Shown here: piece after piece, positions 53,878 to 64,000 of the stretch | Layout: every line of letters starts with the position of its first letter | Numbering within the stretch: position 1 is the first letter of the stretch | NCBI RefSeq assembly: GCF_006345805.1 | Contig: NC_042997.1 | Location: 42,036,001 to 42,100,000 of the forward strand | Length of the DNA stretch: 64,000 nt | Reading direction: 5' to 3' | Source of the DNA: Octopus sinensis | Lineage: Eukaryota | Program-made: the position numbers and the translations under genes | Notes under the pieces: generated by a model | What the model was told of the DNA's origin: nothing | What the model saw: only the letters and a program-made list of their open reading frames with translations | Database searches by the model: none

Positions 53878-54075
53878 GTTAGTTAGCGCGCCAGGCAAAA
53901 TGCTTAGCGGCATTTCGTCCGACTTCACATTCTGAGTTCAAATTCCGCCGAGGTCGACTTTGCTTTTCATCCTTTCGGAGACGATAAATTAAGTGCCAGT
54001 GAAACACTGGGAGTCGATGTAATCGACTAGTCCCCTCCCATAAAATTTCCGGCCCTGTGCCTTTAGTAGAAAGGT
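53878..54075 (+). mobile_element. SINE family C
   Basis: Family C body with a TAT tail. Confidence 0.8.
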
Positions 54076-54110
54076 ATATTATTATTATTATTATTATTAT
54101 TATTATCATC

Positions 54111-54248
54111 ATTCAGTAGTTTTATTTTTATAGCGTGCTTTCACTTCACTACCGAGCGCAGCTCTGTGTGCCTTGGGTATGTGCTGTGATTTGTTGTGAT
54201 GCTCTGATGGTTATTGTATAGAAAGTGTTCTGCGTAGGATGTGTGCAG
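54111..54248 (-). mobile_element. R4/Dong-like 3'UTR fragment ending in (TAA)n
   Basis: Reverse complement of ~29455-29580. Confidence 0.75.
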
Positions 54249-54282
54249 TATTATTATTATCATCATCATCATCATCATCATC

Positions 54283-54315
<33 letters not shown>

Positions 54316-54320
54316 ATAAA

Positions 54321-54715
54321 GTGGCGAGCTGGCAGAAACGTTAGCACGCCGGACGAAATGCTTAGCGGCATTTCTTCTGTCGTTACGTTGTGAGTTCAAA
54401 TTCCGCCGAGGTCGACTTTGCCTTTCATCCTTTCGGGGTTGATAAATTAAGTACCAGTTACGCACTGGGGTCGATGTAATCGACTTAATACCTATGTCTG
54501 TCCTTGTTTGTCCCTTCTATGTTTAGCCCCTTGTGGGTAATAAAGAAATAGGTATTTCGTCCGCCTTCTTTTTCTAAGTTCAAATTCCACCGAGGTCGAC
54601 TTTTCTTTTTATCTTTTTTCGGGGTCGATAAAGTAAGTACCAGTGGAGCACTGGATCGATATAATCGACTGACTCTTCCGCCGAAATTGCTGGTTTTGTG
54701 CCAACATTTGAAATC
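54321..54715 (+). mobile_element. SINE family C, full copy plus head-truncated second copy
   Basis: Junction TAAAGAAATA|GGTATTTCGTC at 54550/51. Confidence 0.85.
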
Positions 54716-54899
54716 CTTATTACTATTGTTGTTGTTGTTGCTTACTGTGTATGTGTTGATGTATGTTTGAGGCTTTGCATTTAAACTTCTAGTCCCAGCA
54801 GTAAGTAAGGAGTCTTACAAGGGAATTAACAAGGGAATCCCTGCTGGGAATGTAGTAAGGCAATTTTCAAGACATGACAATTCTAATATTTGGTTTCTA

Positions 54900-55265
54900 A
54901 TTTAGGCATAAGGCAAACAATTCTAAAGAGAAGTAGTTAATCGATTACATCCGCTCCAATACTGAACTGGTAAGTTTAATTTATTGACTAACAATGTTGA
55001 CCGCGGCGGGATTTGAACTCAGAACGTAAAGAGTCGGATAAGTGCCGCATGACTTTCCTTCCAGAACAGTAATGATTCTGTTAGCTACTTGTCCAAGCAA
55101 CTCTAATAAGCCCTTGAAATAACGGCATAAGGTCAGCAATTATTTTTGGGAGTAATATGTTAATCGATTACATCGACCTCAGTACTTAACTGGTACTTTA
55201 TTGACCCCGAAAGTTAACCTCAGTGGGAATTGAACTCAGATCATAAAGAGTAGGCAAAGTGCCGA
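54900..55265 (-). mobile_element. Two diverged SINE C copies in tandem
   Basis: ATCGATTACATC...TTGAACTCAGA motif occurs twice. Confidence 0.65.
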
Positions 55266-55690
55266 TATGTACAGATCTTTATCAGCCTATACATACATAC
55301 ATACATACATACATACATAACATACATACATACACACAGAGGTAAAGTACAAATAAATATATACGGAAAACTTATACATGAAGAAAGGCTCTAAACTTCA
55401 ATGATAAGCGTTTAAACGGGAAACGGTGAGAAGGAAAGACACTCCAAAACCGTTGCACTGAGTGTACAAATAAACAAAATATTCTTCTCGTTTTCGAAGC
55501 GATCTTTCTTATCTCTCATGTTTTCTTATCTCTCGCGTTTTCTATTTGTTTTAACTTTACTTTTATATTTATATGAAAAATTCACGTTGGCAAATCACGT
55601 TATCTCATGGAAGACGTCAATTTATTTAGTTACTTAAGGATGAGAATTTGTTTGAAATTATTACATAAATGGCCAACCATTTCATTTGAT

Positions 55691-56028
55691 CTCAACCGGG
55701 GTCCACATGGCCCCTGAAGGTCCATGTAAGATTTTTGGGGATTCATGTAACAAAATAATAAATTGGGCATCCACAATAGTAAGGGACCCCGAAAAAAAAT
55801 TTGCTTCAGATGTATGTATTGATATGTATTATAAGAAACAGTAGGTTCCTTTCCCTAACATTTTACATAGTTCAACCTACACAAGTTAATGTGTGAAAAA
55901 CAAAATAGGAATTTTGAAAGAAGTTTCGAAAAAACTAGTTTTTAAACTTTGAATGGCACAGGGGGACCACCAGAATAAATTAGTAATCAAAAGGGTCCAT
56001 AGGTAAAAAAAATGGTTGAGAATCCCTG
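55691..56028. mobile_element. hAT-like MITE with a clipped left TIR
   Basis: Right end GGTTGAGAATCCCTG, left CTCAACCGGGGTCC; candidate TSD CATTTGAT (55683-90) / CATTAGAT (56029-36). Confidence 0.6.
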
Positions 56029-56761
56029 CATTAGATAGTGAATGTATAACAAGGAGGGAATAAGATCAAGGTACCGAATGTAGTTGTGGTGTTAGCGGTG
56101 TTATGGGCTGTGATGAGCTATGTGGTGTTGGTGGAGAGGATTGTAGATGAGGTAAAAGGGAAGTGAAGACTGCAGGGGCCGGCGGAAGAGCCACAGGGGC
56201 ATGCGTGGGCAGGAAGCACGTGTGGTCAGTTCGAACAGAGACGGCAGCGAGAAAAGACGTGTTTATTTCTTGAGGGTATTCGCTCATTCCACCGAGGCCA
56301 ACAGATAAGGCCCTTTGTATTTCTTTCTCCCGTTTGCTTCTTCTTCTGTTGTCCTTTTCCTCCATCACACTACAGTAGTTAAAGAAATCCTTGTATTTTT
56401 GTGCAAGAATTGCGAGATAACTAGGGTTAGAGTTAAGGATAGAGTAGAAGAAAAACTAAGTGGTCCATGTGCTGGATTCACACTTCTGTTGCCGTCTCTA
56501 TATTTCATTTATTTATTTTTTCGTGTAATTGAATGAAAATTGGCGCCAGTAATATACTTTTACAGACCTTCCGTTAAAGCCTTCTCACTAACACAGTTTG
56601 ACGTCGATTCTGATGAATAGAGACCCGTATTTCATTGCCTCATGCGAGCAGCTTTAATGTCAAAAAATTATTGAGAGCAATAAATATTTTATCAGCTGAC
56701 TGATATTAAGACGAGGTTTTGATTCCTGCTCGGAGACAATTCAATACACATTCTTTTCTAC

Positions 56762-56885
56762 TCTAGGCACAAGGCCCGAAATTTTGAGAAGGGGGCCCAG
56801 TCGATTAGATCGACCCCAGTACGCAACTGATTTATCGACCCCAAAAGGATGGAGGGCAAAGTCGACCTCGGCGGAATTCGAACAT
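56762..56885 (-). mobile_element. SINE family C, head-truncated
   Basis: GCAAAGTCGACCTCGGCGGAATTCGAAC. Confidence 0.7.
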
Positions 56886-57034
56886 TCCGAGGTTTCTGTG
56901 TCGTCAACCAGGCAAAACGACTTCGTCTACTCTATGGGTAGTTCTTATTGTGTGTGCGTGTGTGTCCGTGCGGGCGCGTGCGTGCGTGCCAGGAAGAAAT
57001 ATAGAAAGAGAGAAAGAGGGGGAGATAGATAGGT

Positions 57035-57085
<51 letters not shown>

Positions 57086-57204
57086 CTGGCATCCGACGGA
57101 ATCAAGCTGCAGGAAATACAGTCTGTTTATTTCGTGTCAAAATATATAAATAAATAAAACTTAAACTTCATTCAAAGCAGACGATATTCTATAGGAGTCA
57201 GTAA

Positions 57205-57609
57205 TAAAATATATATTTCGTTATTGCCCACAGGGAACTAAACATAGAAGGGAGAAACATGGACAGACAAAGGGATTAAGTCGATTACATCGACCCCAGT
57301 GCGTAACTGGTACTTATTTAATCGACCCCGAAGGGATGAAAGGCAAAGTCGACCTCGGCAGAATTTGAACTCAGAACGTAACGGCAGACGAAAAACCTAT
57401 TTCTTTAGTACCCACAAGGGGCTAAATACAGAGGGGACAAACAAAGACAGACAAACGGATTAAGTCGATTATATCGACCCCAGTGCGTAACCCCGAAAGG
57501 ATGAATGGCAAAGTCGACCTCAGCGGAATTTGAACTCAGAACGTAACGGCAGACGAAATACCGCTAAGCATTTCACCCGGCGTGCTAACGATTCTGCCAG
57601 ATCGCCGCC
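57205..57609 (-). mobile_element. SINE family C, full copy plus head-truncated second copy
   Basis: Same junction as at 54550 (minus strand TAAAGAAATA|GGTTTTTCGTC). Confidence 0.85.
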
Positions 57610-57842
57610 CTATCAGTAATAAAATATTGGATAAAATATTTTCAATAAAATAATGTAGTTCAGCGCAATGAACAGTCATTGATTTTAGTGTCATGGGATG
57701 TCTAAAAATATTCGTGCCGCTGTTTAAACCAGGCCTCACACTTCATCTGTTAGACTCGTTTTGTTTGTCTGTTATTCTACATTTGTAAATATATATATCT
57801 TCACATTCATTATTCGAATAAATAAACGCATTTATACATAAA

Positions 57843-58237
57843 CTAGCAGTATCGCCCGGCGTTGCTCGGGTTTGTAAGGGAAATAACTATAAGGCATTTT
57901 TAGAGAGTTATAGCCAAAAAATAGCAAAAAAAATGCATTAAAAATGGAAAAAATATGATGGTAAATTTTTTTTTAAATCGTTGACTCATCGTAGACATTT
58001 TTAGAGAGTTACTTCCCTTTAAAAAAAATGCATTAAAATGGAAAAAAAATTATGGTAAATTATTTTAAAAATCGTAGACTCATCGTAGACGCGCGCTAAT
58101 AGCCAGACGGGCTCGATATGAATCACGACTATAAGATACCCGAATTTGGTTAAACTGCACCGCAAAATGTTGGAGTAGTTAGGAATCTAATTCGTAGGAG
58201 ACAGACACTCACACAACTACAGTTTTATATATATAGA
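57843..58237 (-). mobile_element. Non-autonomous Helitron, same family as 30310-30715
   Basis: Minus strand A|TCTATATATATAAAACTGTAG ... CCCGAGCAACGCCGGG ... CTAG|T. Confidence 0.85.
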
Positions 58238-58444
58238 TTTCCTATATCAGAATGCTTCACAGAGATTTCATTTGTGTTTCGATTCTGGTAGAGAGAGAGA
58301 AAGAGCAGCGTGTTGCGTTATTCTCATTTTGATTCCTTTACTGAACTGGAAAGAGGAAGGAGACGCTTTCCCTACGACATGAAAATAGCTTCGTGGTTGA
58401 AATTCAAAAAGAAAGGTTTTCAACGAACGAATACCGCATGTACA

Positions 58445-58484
<40 letters not shown>

Positions 58485-58655
58485 TTTATCTGCACCACAA
58501 ATAACCGAATAGTTCAAGTAGACGAAGAGTTATATTAAATAAGCTTACAACAACTTAAATATATGTGCTGTATGAACGGAAGGAAGACCGGACTGAAAAA
58601 TAATTTGAGGTAATTATTGTTTTATGCATATATGCATCACACACACACATTATAT

Positions 58656-58691
<36 letters not shown>

Positions 58692-58919
58692 ATACATAGA
58701 AGTAAATATATGGCACAACGAAGTACCGATATTTACCTATCTAGGTATTTCATCTTTCAGATGTTCTCCCTGGAGGTAAGACAATTTTTTTCAAGTTGTT
58801 GCACACACGCATTTTTGCTAGTACATACGCGGTGAAGCTATACATTCGTCGTATGTATTATGTTCGCTATTTTCCAGTAAATTCGGTACTTGTTGTGCCA
58901 TATATTTACTTCTATGTAT
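58692..58919. repeat. Fold-back element with ~44-bp arms, left arm abutting (TA)n
   Basis: ATACATAGAAGTAAATATATGGCACAAC(G)AAGTACCGA(T)ATTTAC at 58692-736 is mirrored at 58877-919. Confidence 0.88.
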
Positions 58920-61900
58920 AATTTTCCCTCACGGGCTATTCTTTACTGGAAAGCAATGCTCTCGTATTGCATTACTATTTTTATTATATAATATTATATA
59001 TATATTATATATATATAAATGTATGCATATTTGCATGTATGAATACGGCGTCGAATTAGCAGAAGCGTTAGTGCTTTGGTTAGAATGAATTACTGCTTAT
59101 GTTTTAACTAACTGCATTCTGAGTCCAAATCTCATATAGTCAACGTAAAAAAAAATCAGAAAGAAAAGAAACAGGTGCATCTGAGTAGAATCTGTGATAA
59201 GCTTGAGAAATCTTTATGTAAGTGTCCGAATACTCGGATGCTGCTTATTCTAGTCGCCCAGATTTAATGAGGCTGAACAGTGACCAGCTCAAAGTATATA
59301 CTACACCAAATGACGGAGAGTGACTTATGGACTTACAGCGTAAACAAACTAGTACCACATATTTAACAATACTCAACACCTTACACAACAAAACTCCACA
59401 AAATACCATTTTTAAGGAACCGTTTCCGTTTTCCTCAAAAATCCCTGGTAACAAATAACGCGAAAATGCATCTACAGTTCAGACAGACTCACTTATCCGA
59501 AAACTCACACTCCTTACAAATTGACTGTTGCGAATAAATAAGCGGGTTGTTCTTTCTTACAAATGAGCGAATTCCTTGTATAGACATCCACATATGCAAC
59601 TAGGTATAAATGTCACACACCCATTGGCGACTGTGTGTACACACACACACGCGCTGTGTTGTGTCTGTAATGAAAAGCAGTCGCTCATCTGCTACTCATT
59701 GAAAAGTGAAAGAAAGTCAATACGATGATTATTTAATGTTCGAAATATATACACTTTATATACTTTATGCACAGTTTTATAGACTTTATACACAACACTC
59801 ATAAAATAAATATTCACTCTTATTTTTCCATTTTCCTCATAAACAAAAAGCAAAAAAAATTGCTGTACATATGATAGTTAAATTGCATATGTCTGCCACG
59901 TAAATAAGCGTGAATATTTCTCAGAATTGCACTTATGCACATGCGTTAACTGATAGGTTAATTAATTCAATTAATTAAAAAATTAATTCAATTTATAAAA
60001 TGCACTTTTTACTATCCAATTACTACCACCACCATCATCTCTCCCCCCTCTCTCTGCCTTTCTTTCACCTCACCATCAGAACATCACCTCTCTGCTAAAA
60101 TTATACTTTTAACTCTCTTCCTTTGCCTTCAACTAACTTTTTAAACCACGTAATAAATATTACGTCCCCCCTACCTCACGTCATGGACTCTTCTCACTCC
60201 ATCTTTCTCTTTTCCCCCTCTTTCTGTTTCACTCCTCGCCTTATCTTCTTTTTCTCTCAACTTTTTCTTTCTCCTCTCTTTCAACTCTCTTTCTCCTCTC
60301 TTTCTCCTTCAACTAATCACATGAAAGCATTACAATTATATTTCCTCTACCTCACGTTATGGACGCTTCTCTCTACCTCTTTTTTCCTTATCACGTGTAT
60401 GCGTTGCCGACGACCTAAGTAACGCAATGACAAGCAGAATTATCATAAGATATTTGTCATGTAATTAGAAGCAAACGAAAAACTACGTGGGTAGAAGTAA
60501 ATCACAGGCGTAAGAGAATTAACGACCGATGTTGAATTAGGCTACTCCTCACACTGTTTTCAAGGTTTATTACATCTAGATTTCATGTCCCTGCTGAATA
60601 TTTTATGGTCTTTTCAACATTAGCTAGTTTCCCGTAGCTTGACACATTCTAATAACAAGTTTAAAAAATCAAGCAACACTAAAATAAACCGATTAAAGGA
60701 ACATCATATGAAATGAAATATGACTTTTTTTATACTTATACGACTTAACAGCTTGGAAATAAAGTAGCTGACTTCTTTTAACACATATTTAAATATTTAA
60801 TAGTATGGAAATTAAATGTTTCAATTTTCGTTAAAGAAATACTATATGATAAGAGTTAATTACTTGTCACGTTTTTGTGATTGGTTAATCTGAAATACAA
60901 ATAAAATATAAACAGTATATTGTTTTTACTATAAACTACAACTTCATTTCTGATTTGCTTATTCTACATTTCGTTGTCGTGTATAGTTTTTATAGTTTTA
61001 GATATTTTCTCAAAGGAAACAAGTCATTTTATAAATATAACTATTGCTTCGTTGACAAACTTTAACGATTATTTACTTTATACGTATCTTTTCCTTTTAA
61101 TTACCAAGAAACGAAACTAGTGCTTTAATAATAAAAATTGTTAGTTTTTGTATATTAGGATTTCTTTCCGTTGGATTAAGATTATATTAGTATTTCTTTG
61201 GATTATATTAGTGTTTATTTTAAATATTTATGTGACATTGACAATAATTTTTTTGAAAAGAGTAATGTATATTTAGTTAAGATCATTCTAGTCTTATACA
61301 ATTATATCAATGATTGTCAGAAAATAGTAATTTTAGATTAATGCGTTCTCATATGGGGTCCCAGAAGAAAGTTAGCGGAAATAAAGAATTCATGAAATTT
61401 TTCGTATTATTTTATGATGTTATAACAATCATAGTTCTTTATATTAATTTCAACAGCATTATTATACACCTACAGATACAAAAATGTCTTGTCTGCGTGC
61501 TTTACAATAAGAAATTCTTCAGGAAGGGTTGGGTAAGATTAGCTGAGTCAAACACATGCAGTAAACAAATAAAATAATAGACACACGAGATGCCTTATGA
61601 ACTACATTCAGTGTAATAGGATTTTGTAGAAGTGATTTGCGTACATTCACCCAGTTTCAGATAATGAATCCTTTATAAATATACGTTACTTAAAGATATA
61701 TTTATATCAGAACTGGCTGCTGGGTAATAATAAACAGTTTGTTTCATACTGCGCACATAGAGTAAATCATGTGTTTCAAACAATTATCAATGGGTCATAT
61801 GTCGATGGAGGAGATATTGTAGAATAGTCCCCCTCCTTTCAAGTTCACATCAAATGAGCAATACAGGTTCAATACCCAATCGAACTACTTGAGTTCACTT

Positions 61901-62096
61901 TTTTCACGTACTTGTGGTTTTCAGCTGTGTAAAAGGTCTAGAAAGAAGGACTAAAAAAAAAAATGACTTGTGGCGAAACATGTTGCGCCAAGTTGACTTT
62001 CTGACAGATGGGCCCTTCTAGAAAGATTTGGTGCAGAAATATTCACTGCCAGAGAGATTTATGATTAAGAATCTACATAATGTGGTGGTGCATATT

Positions 62097-62481
62097 GGGA
62101 TGGAGGCACTCCGTCGGTTACGACGACGAGGGTTCCGGTTGATCCGATCAACGGAACAGCCTGCTCGTGAAATTAACGTGTAAGTGGCTGAGCACTCCAC
62201 AGACACATGTACCCTTAACGTAGTTCTCGAGGATATTCAGCGTGACACAGAGAGTGACAAGGCCGGCCCTTTGAAATACAGGTACAACAGAAACAGGAAG
62301 TAAGAGTGAGAGAAAGTTGTGGTGAAAGAGTACAGCAGGGATCACCACCATCCGGAGCCTCGTGGAACTTTTAAGTGTTTTCGCTCAATAAACACTCACA
62401 ACGCCCGGTCTGGGAATCGAAACCGCGATCCTATGACCGCGAGTCCGCTGCCCTAACTACTGGGCCATTGCGCCTCCACCT
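62097..62481 (-). mobile_element. Young SINE family A
   Basis: TSD GTGGTGCATATT at 62085-96 and 62482-93. Confidence 0.92.
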
Positions 62482-62781
62482 GTGGTGCATATTAACCATA
62501 AAATGAAAGAAACTTTCAGAGATGTTTGGCGTCGTGACTGGCACGAACTGATTAGATTTTGGGATCGATCTGGTACCGGAGAAGGATTCCGGATTATTTT
62601 TCCGTTTTTTTTTTATTAATTTTTGAGAGCGGTCGGGTTCATTTTTAATATTCTCGTTTGTGAGAATTTCAGATATTCTCATTTTAAAAATCATCTCGAG
62701 CTAATCGCTGAGAGGATGTTGCTGTTGTCTTGGCGGAGGTTTGCGCTCTCTGAGTGCTCTTGTTTATTTATTTATCTATTT

Positions 62782-62921
62782 ACTAATATATAGCAGAGGT
62801 AACAGAGTTACTCAAGGTCCGAGAGTTTCCTGCGTTGGCACTTATCAAAGTAATTTGATAAGCGCCGACGCACAGAACTCTCGGACCTTGAGTCATTCTG
62901 TGACTTCTGCTAAATGTTAAT
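62782..62921. repeat. ~140-bp hairpin whose arms are hammerhead-like (U3:A8 core)
   Basis: 59-bp arms 62791-849 / 62854-912 with 9 mismatches and a GTAA loop. Confidence 0.9.
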
Positions 62922-62981
62922 AAAAATATACATATACTCATATTTTGAGCTCTATTTTTCCTGTTCGCATCAACGTATGTT

Positions 62982-63016
<35 letters not shown>

Positions 63017-63029
<13 letters not shown>

Positions 63030-63197
63030 TTCGAGACAAAACCACTATTTTGCAAAACAAACAAGGAAAGACTTAATCAATACATAAAAATTTTAATGGC
63101 GGTTTATTTATTTTATATTAACATTTTTATGTATTGATTAAGTCTTTCCTTGTTTGTTTTGCAAAATAGTGGTTTTGTCTCGAATTAATATTATATA
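63017..63197. repeat. Perfect 75-bp inverted repeat with a ~30-bp spacer, abutting (TA)n
   Basis: 63017-91 is the exact reverse complement of 63123-97. Confidence 0.95.
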
Positions 63198-63275
63198 ATA
63201 TTTTACTATAAAATTGGATTTAATCCTAAATCTGTTTTTTTCCCTGTAAATTTGGATTTATTCCCTAATATTTAT

Positions 63276-63309
<34 letters not shown>

Positions 63310-63739
63310 GAGTGAGTAGACAAACGAAAGAAGGGCACTCAAGCAATTTATTGGGAGTTACATGTATGGGACAAAACAGTTTGATTCAAATTCGATAGTG
63401 CTATGAGTTTCAAGGGCAATGCTAGCCGTCAGCCATTTTGAATTTGAACGACAGAAGTAGATTGTTATTACCGTAAGGTGGGCTGCAATTGGTCGAAGAA
63501 GGTCACACAGTGTCGTGGTTTGATGTTGGTAAACGAGTAACAGTTAGTTGGAAAACACTGCATGCGAACAGGAAATTGACCACGTGGAGGATGGGAAATA
63601 AACTAGAAGTCGGTCAGGTTGTTGGGAGGGAAGTAGGAAATGGGCGGCATGCGCCTGTACACGTGCTTCCGTACGCGCGCGTGCGCAAGTATTCCCGCGC
63701 AAAACAAGCGTTGAGTTTTGGTAAGCCTTGAGGATTGGT

Positions 63740-64000
63740 AAACGGCCCTCTACAAGGACGGCTCGCTATAGGTATCTCAAACCATACGAACGACCACACC
63801 ATGGGAGGACTTGATAGAAATACCTAAGGAGTTCAGCCTGACCATAACGGTTACCACCAACCTGACTACGGTCGATTTTTTGGTTGTAACCTATGACCGC
63901 AGTACGGGAAAGTATTACCTGTATAGGAAACCTAACGAGGACACAGTATACATCCACAAGAGCTCAAACCATCCCCCGCCCCCGCAGTAATTAGAAACCT
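63740..64000 (+). pseudogene. Penelope-like element reverse transcriptase fragment, running off the window edge
   Basis: Degenerate GLYRDDGL-like motif, then DLIEIPKEFSLTITVTTNLTTVDFLVVTYDRSTGKYYLYRKPNEDTVYIHKSSNHPP, matching the FLD...YRKP...YIH..SNHP signature of PLE RTs. Confidence 0.8.

Noticed and set aside
62040-62600. Reading frame restored across the SINE A insertion (IKNLHNVVVHINHKMKETFRDVWRR...)
   Set aside because: It is short, begins after a stop and resembles no protein family I recognise.
63640-63700. CpG-rich promoter-like cluster (GGCATGCGC, CACGTG, CTTCCG)
   Set aside because: It lies inside a probable retroelement terminus, and no downstream host gene is evident.

Overview
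This is an AT-rich, microsatellite-saturated animal genomic window with no recognisable host protein-coding exon, rRNA, true tRNA or CRISPR array. The repeat families resemble those of coleoid cephalopods such as Octopus; that is my recollection, not a database result. Almost all listed ORFs are translations of (TA)n, (CA)n, (TACA)n or triplet microsatellites. The real content is a dense transposon landscape. It includes a young 5'-truncated RTE-type LINE with a PHD-like finger (24024-26756), CR1 and R4/Dong fragments, and a Penelope-like RT at the right edge. DNA transposons include hAT elements with 8-bp TSDs, mariner, Tc1 and DD37D relics, and two non-autonomous Helitrons. There are at least four tRNA-headed SINE families, one of them young with 10-13 bp TSDs. 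The most interesting signal is a set of hammerhead-ribozyme motifs. One is textbook-intact (9231-9313), several are near-intact, and two families carry the compensatory U3:A8 core. Many of these sit in short elements that run into (TA)n tracts and are often duplicated as fold-back hairpins, consistent with Penelope-like element termini or retrozyme-like units. Single-base homopolymer indels across the window suggest a noisy assembly, so the 1.5-kb tandem duplication and the 700-bp palindrome may be artefacts.
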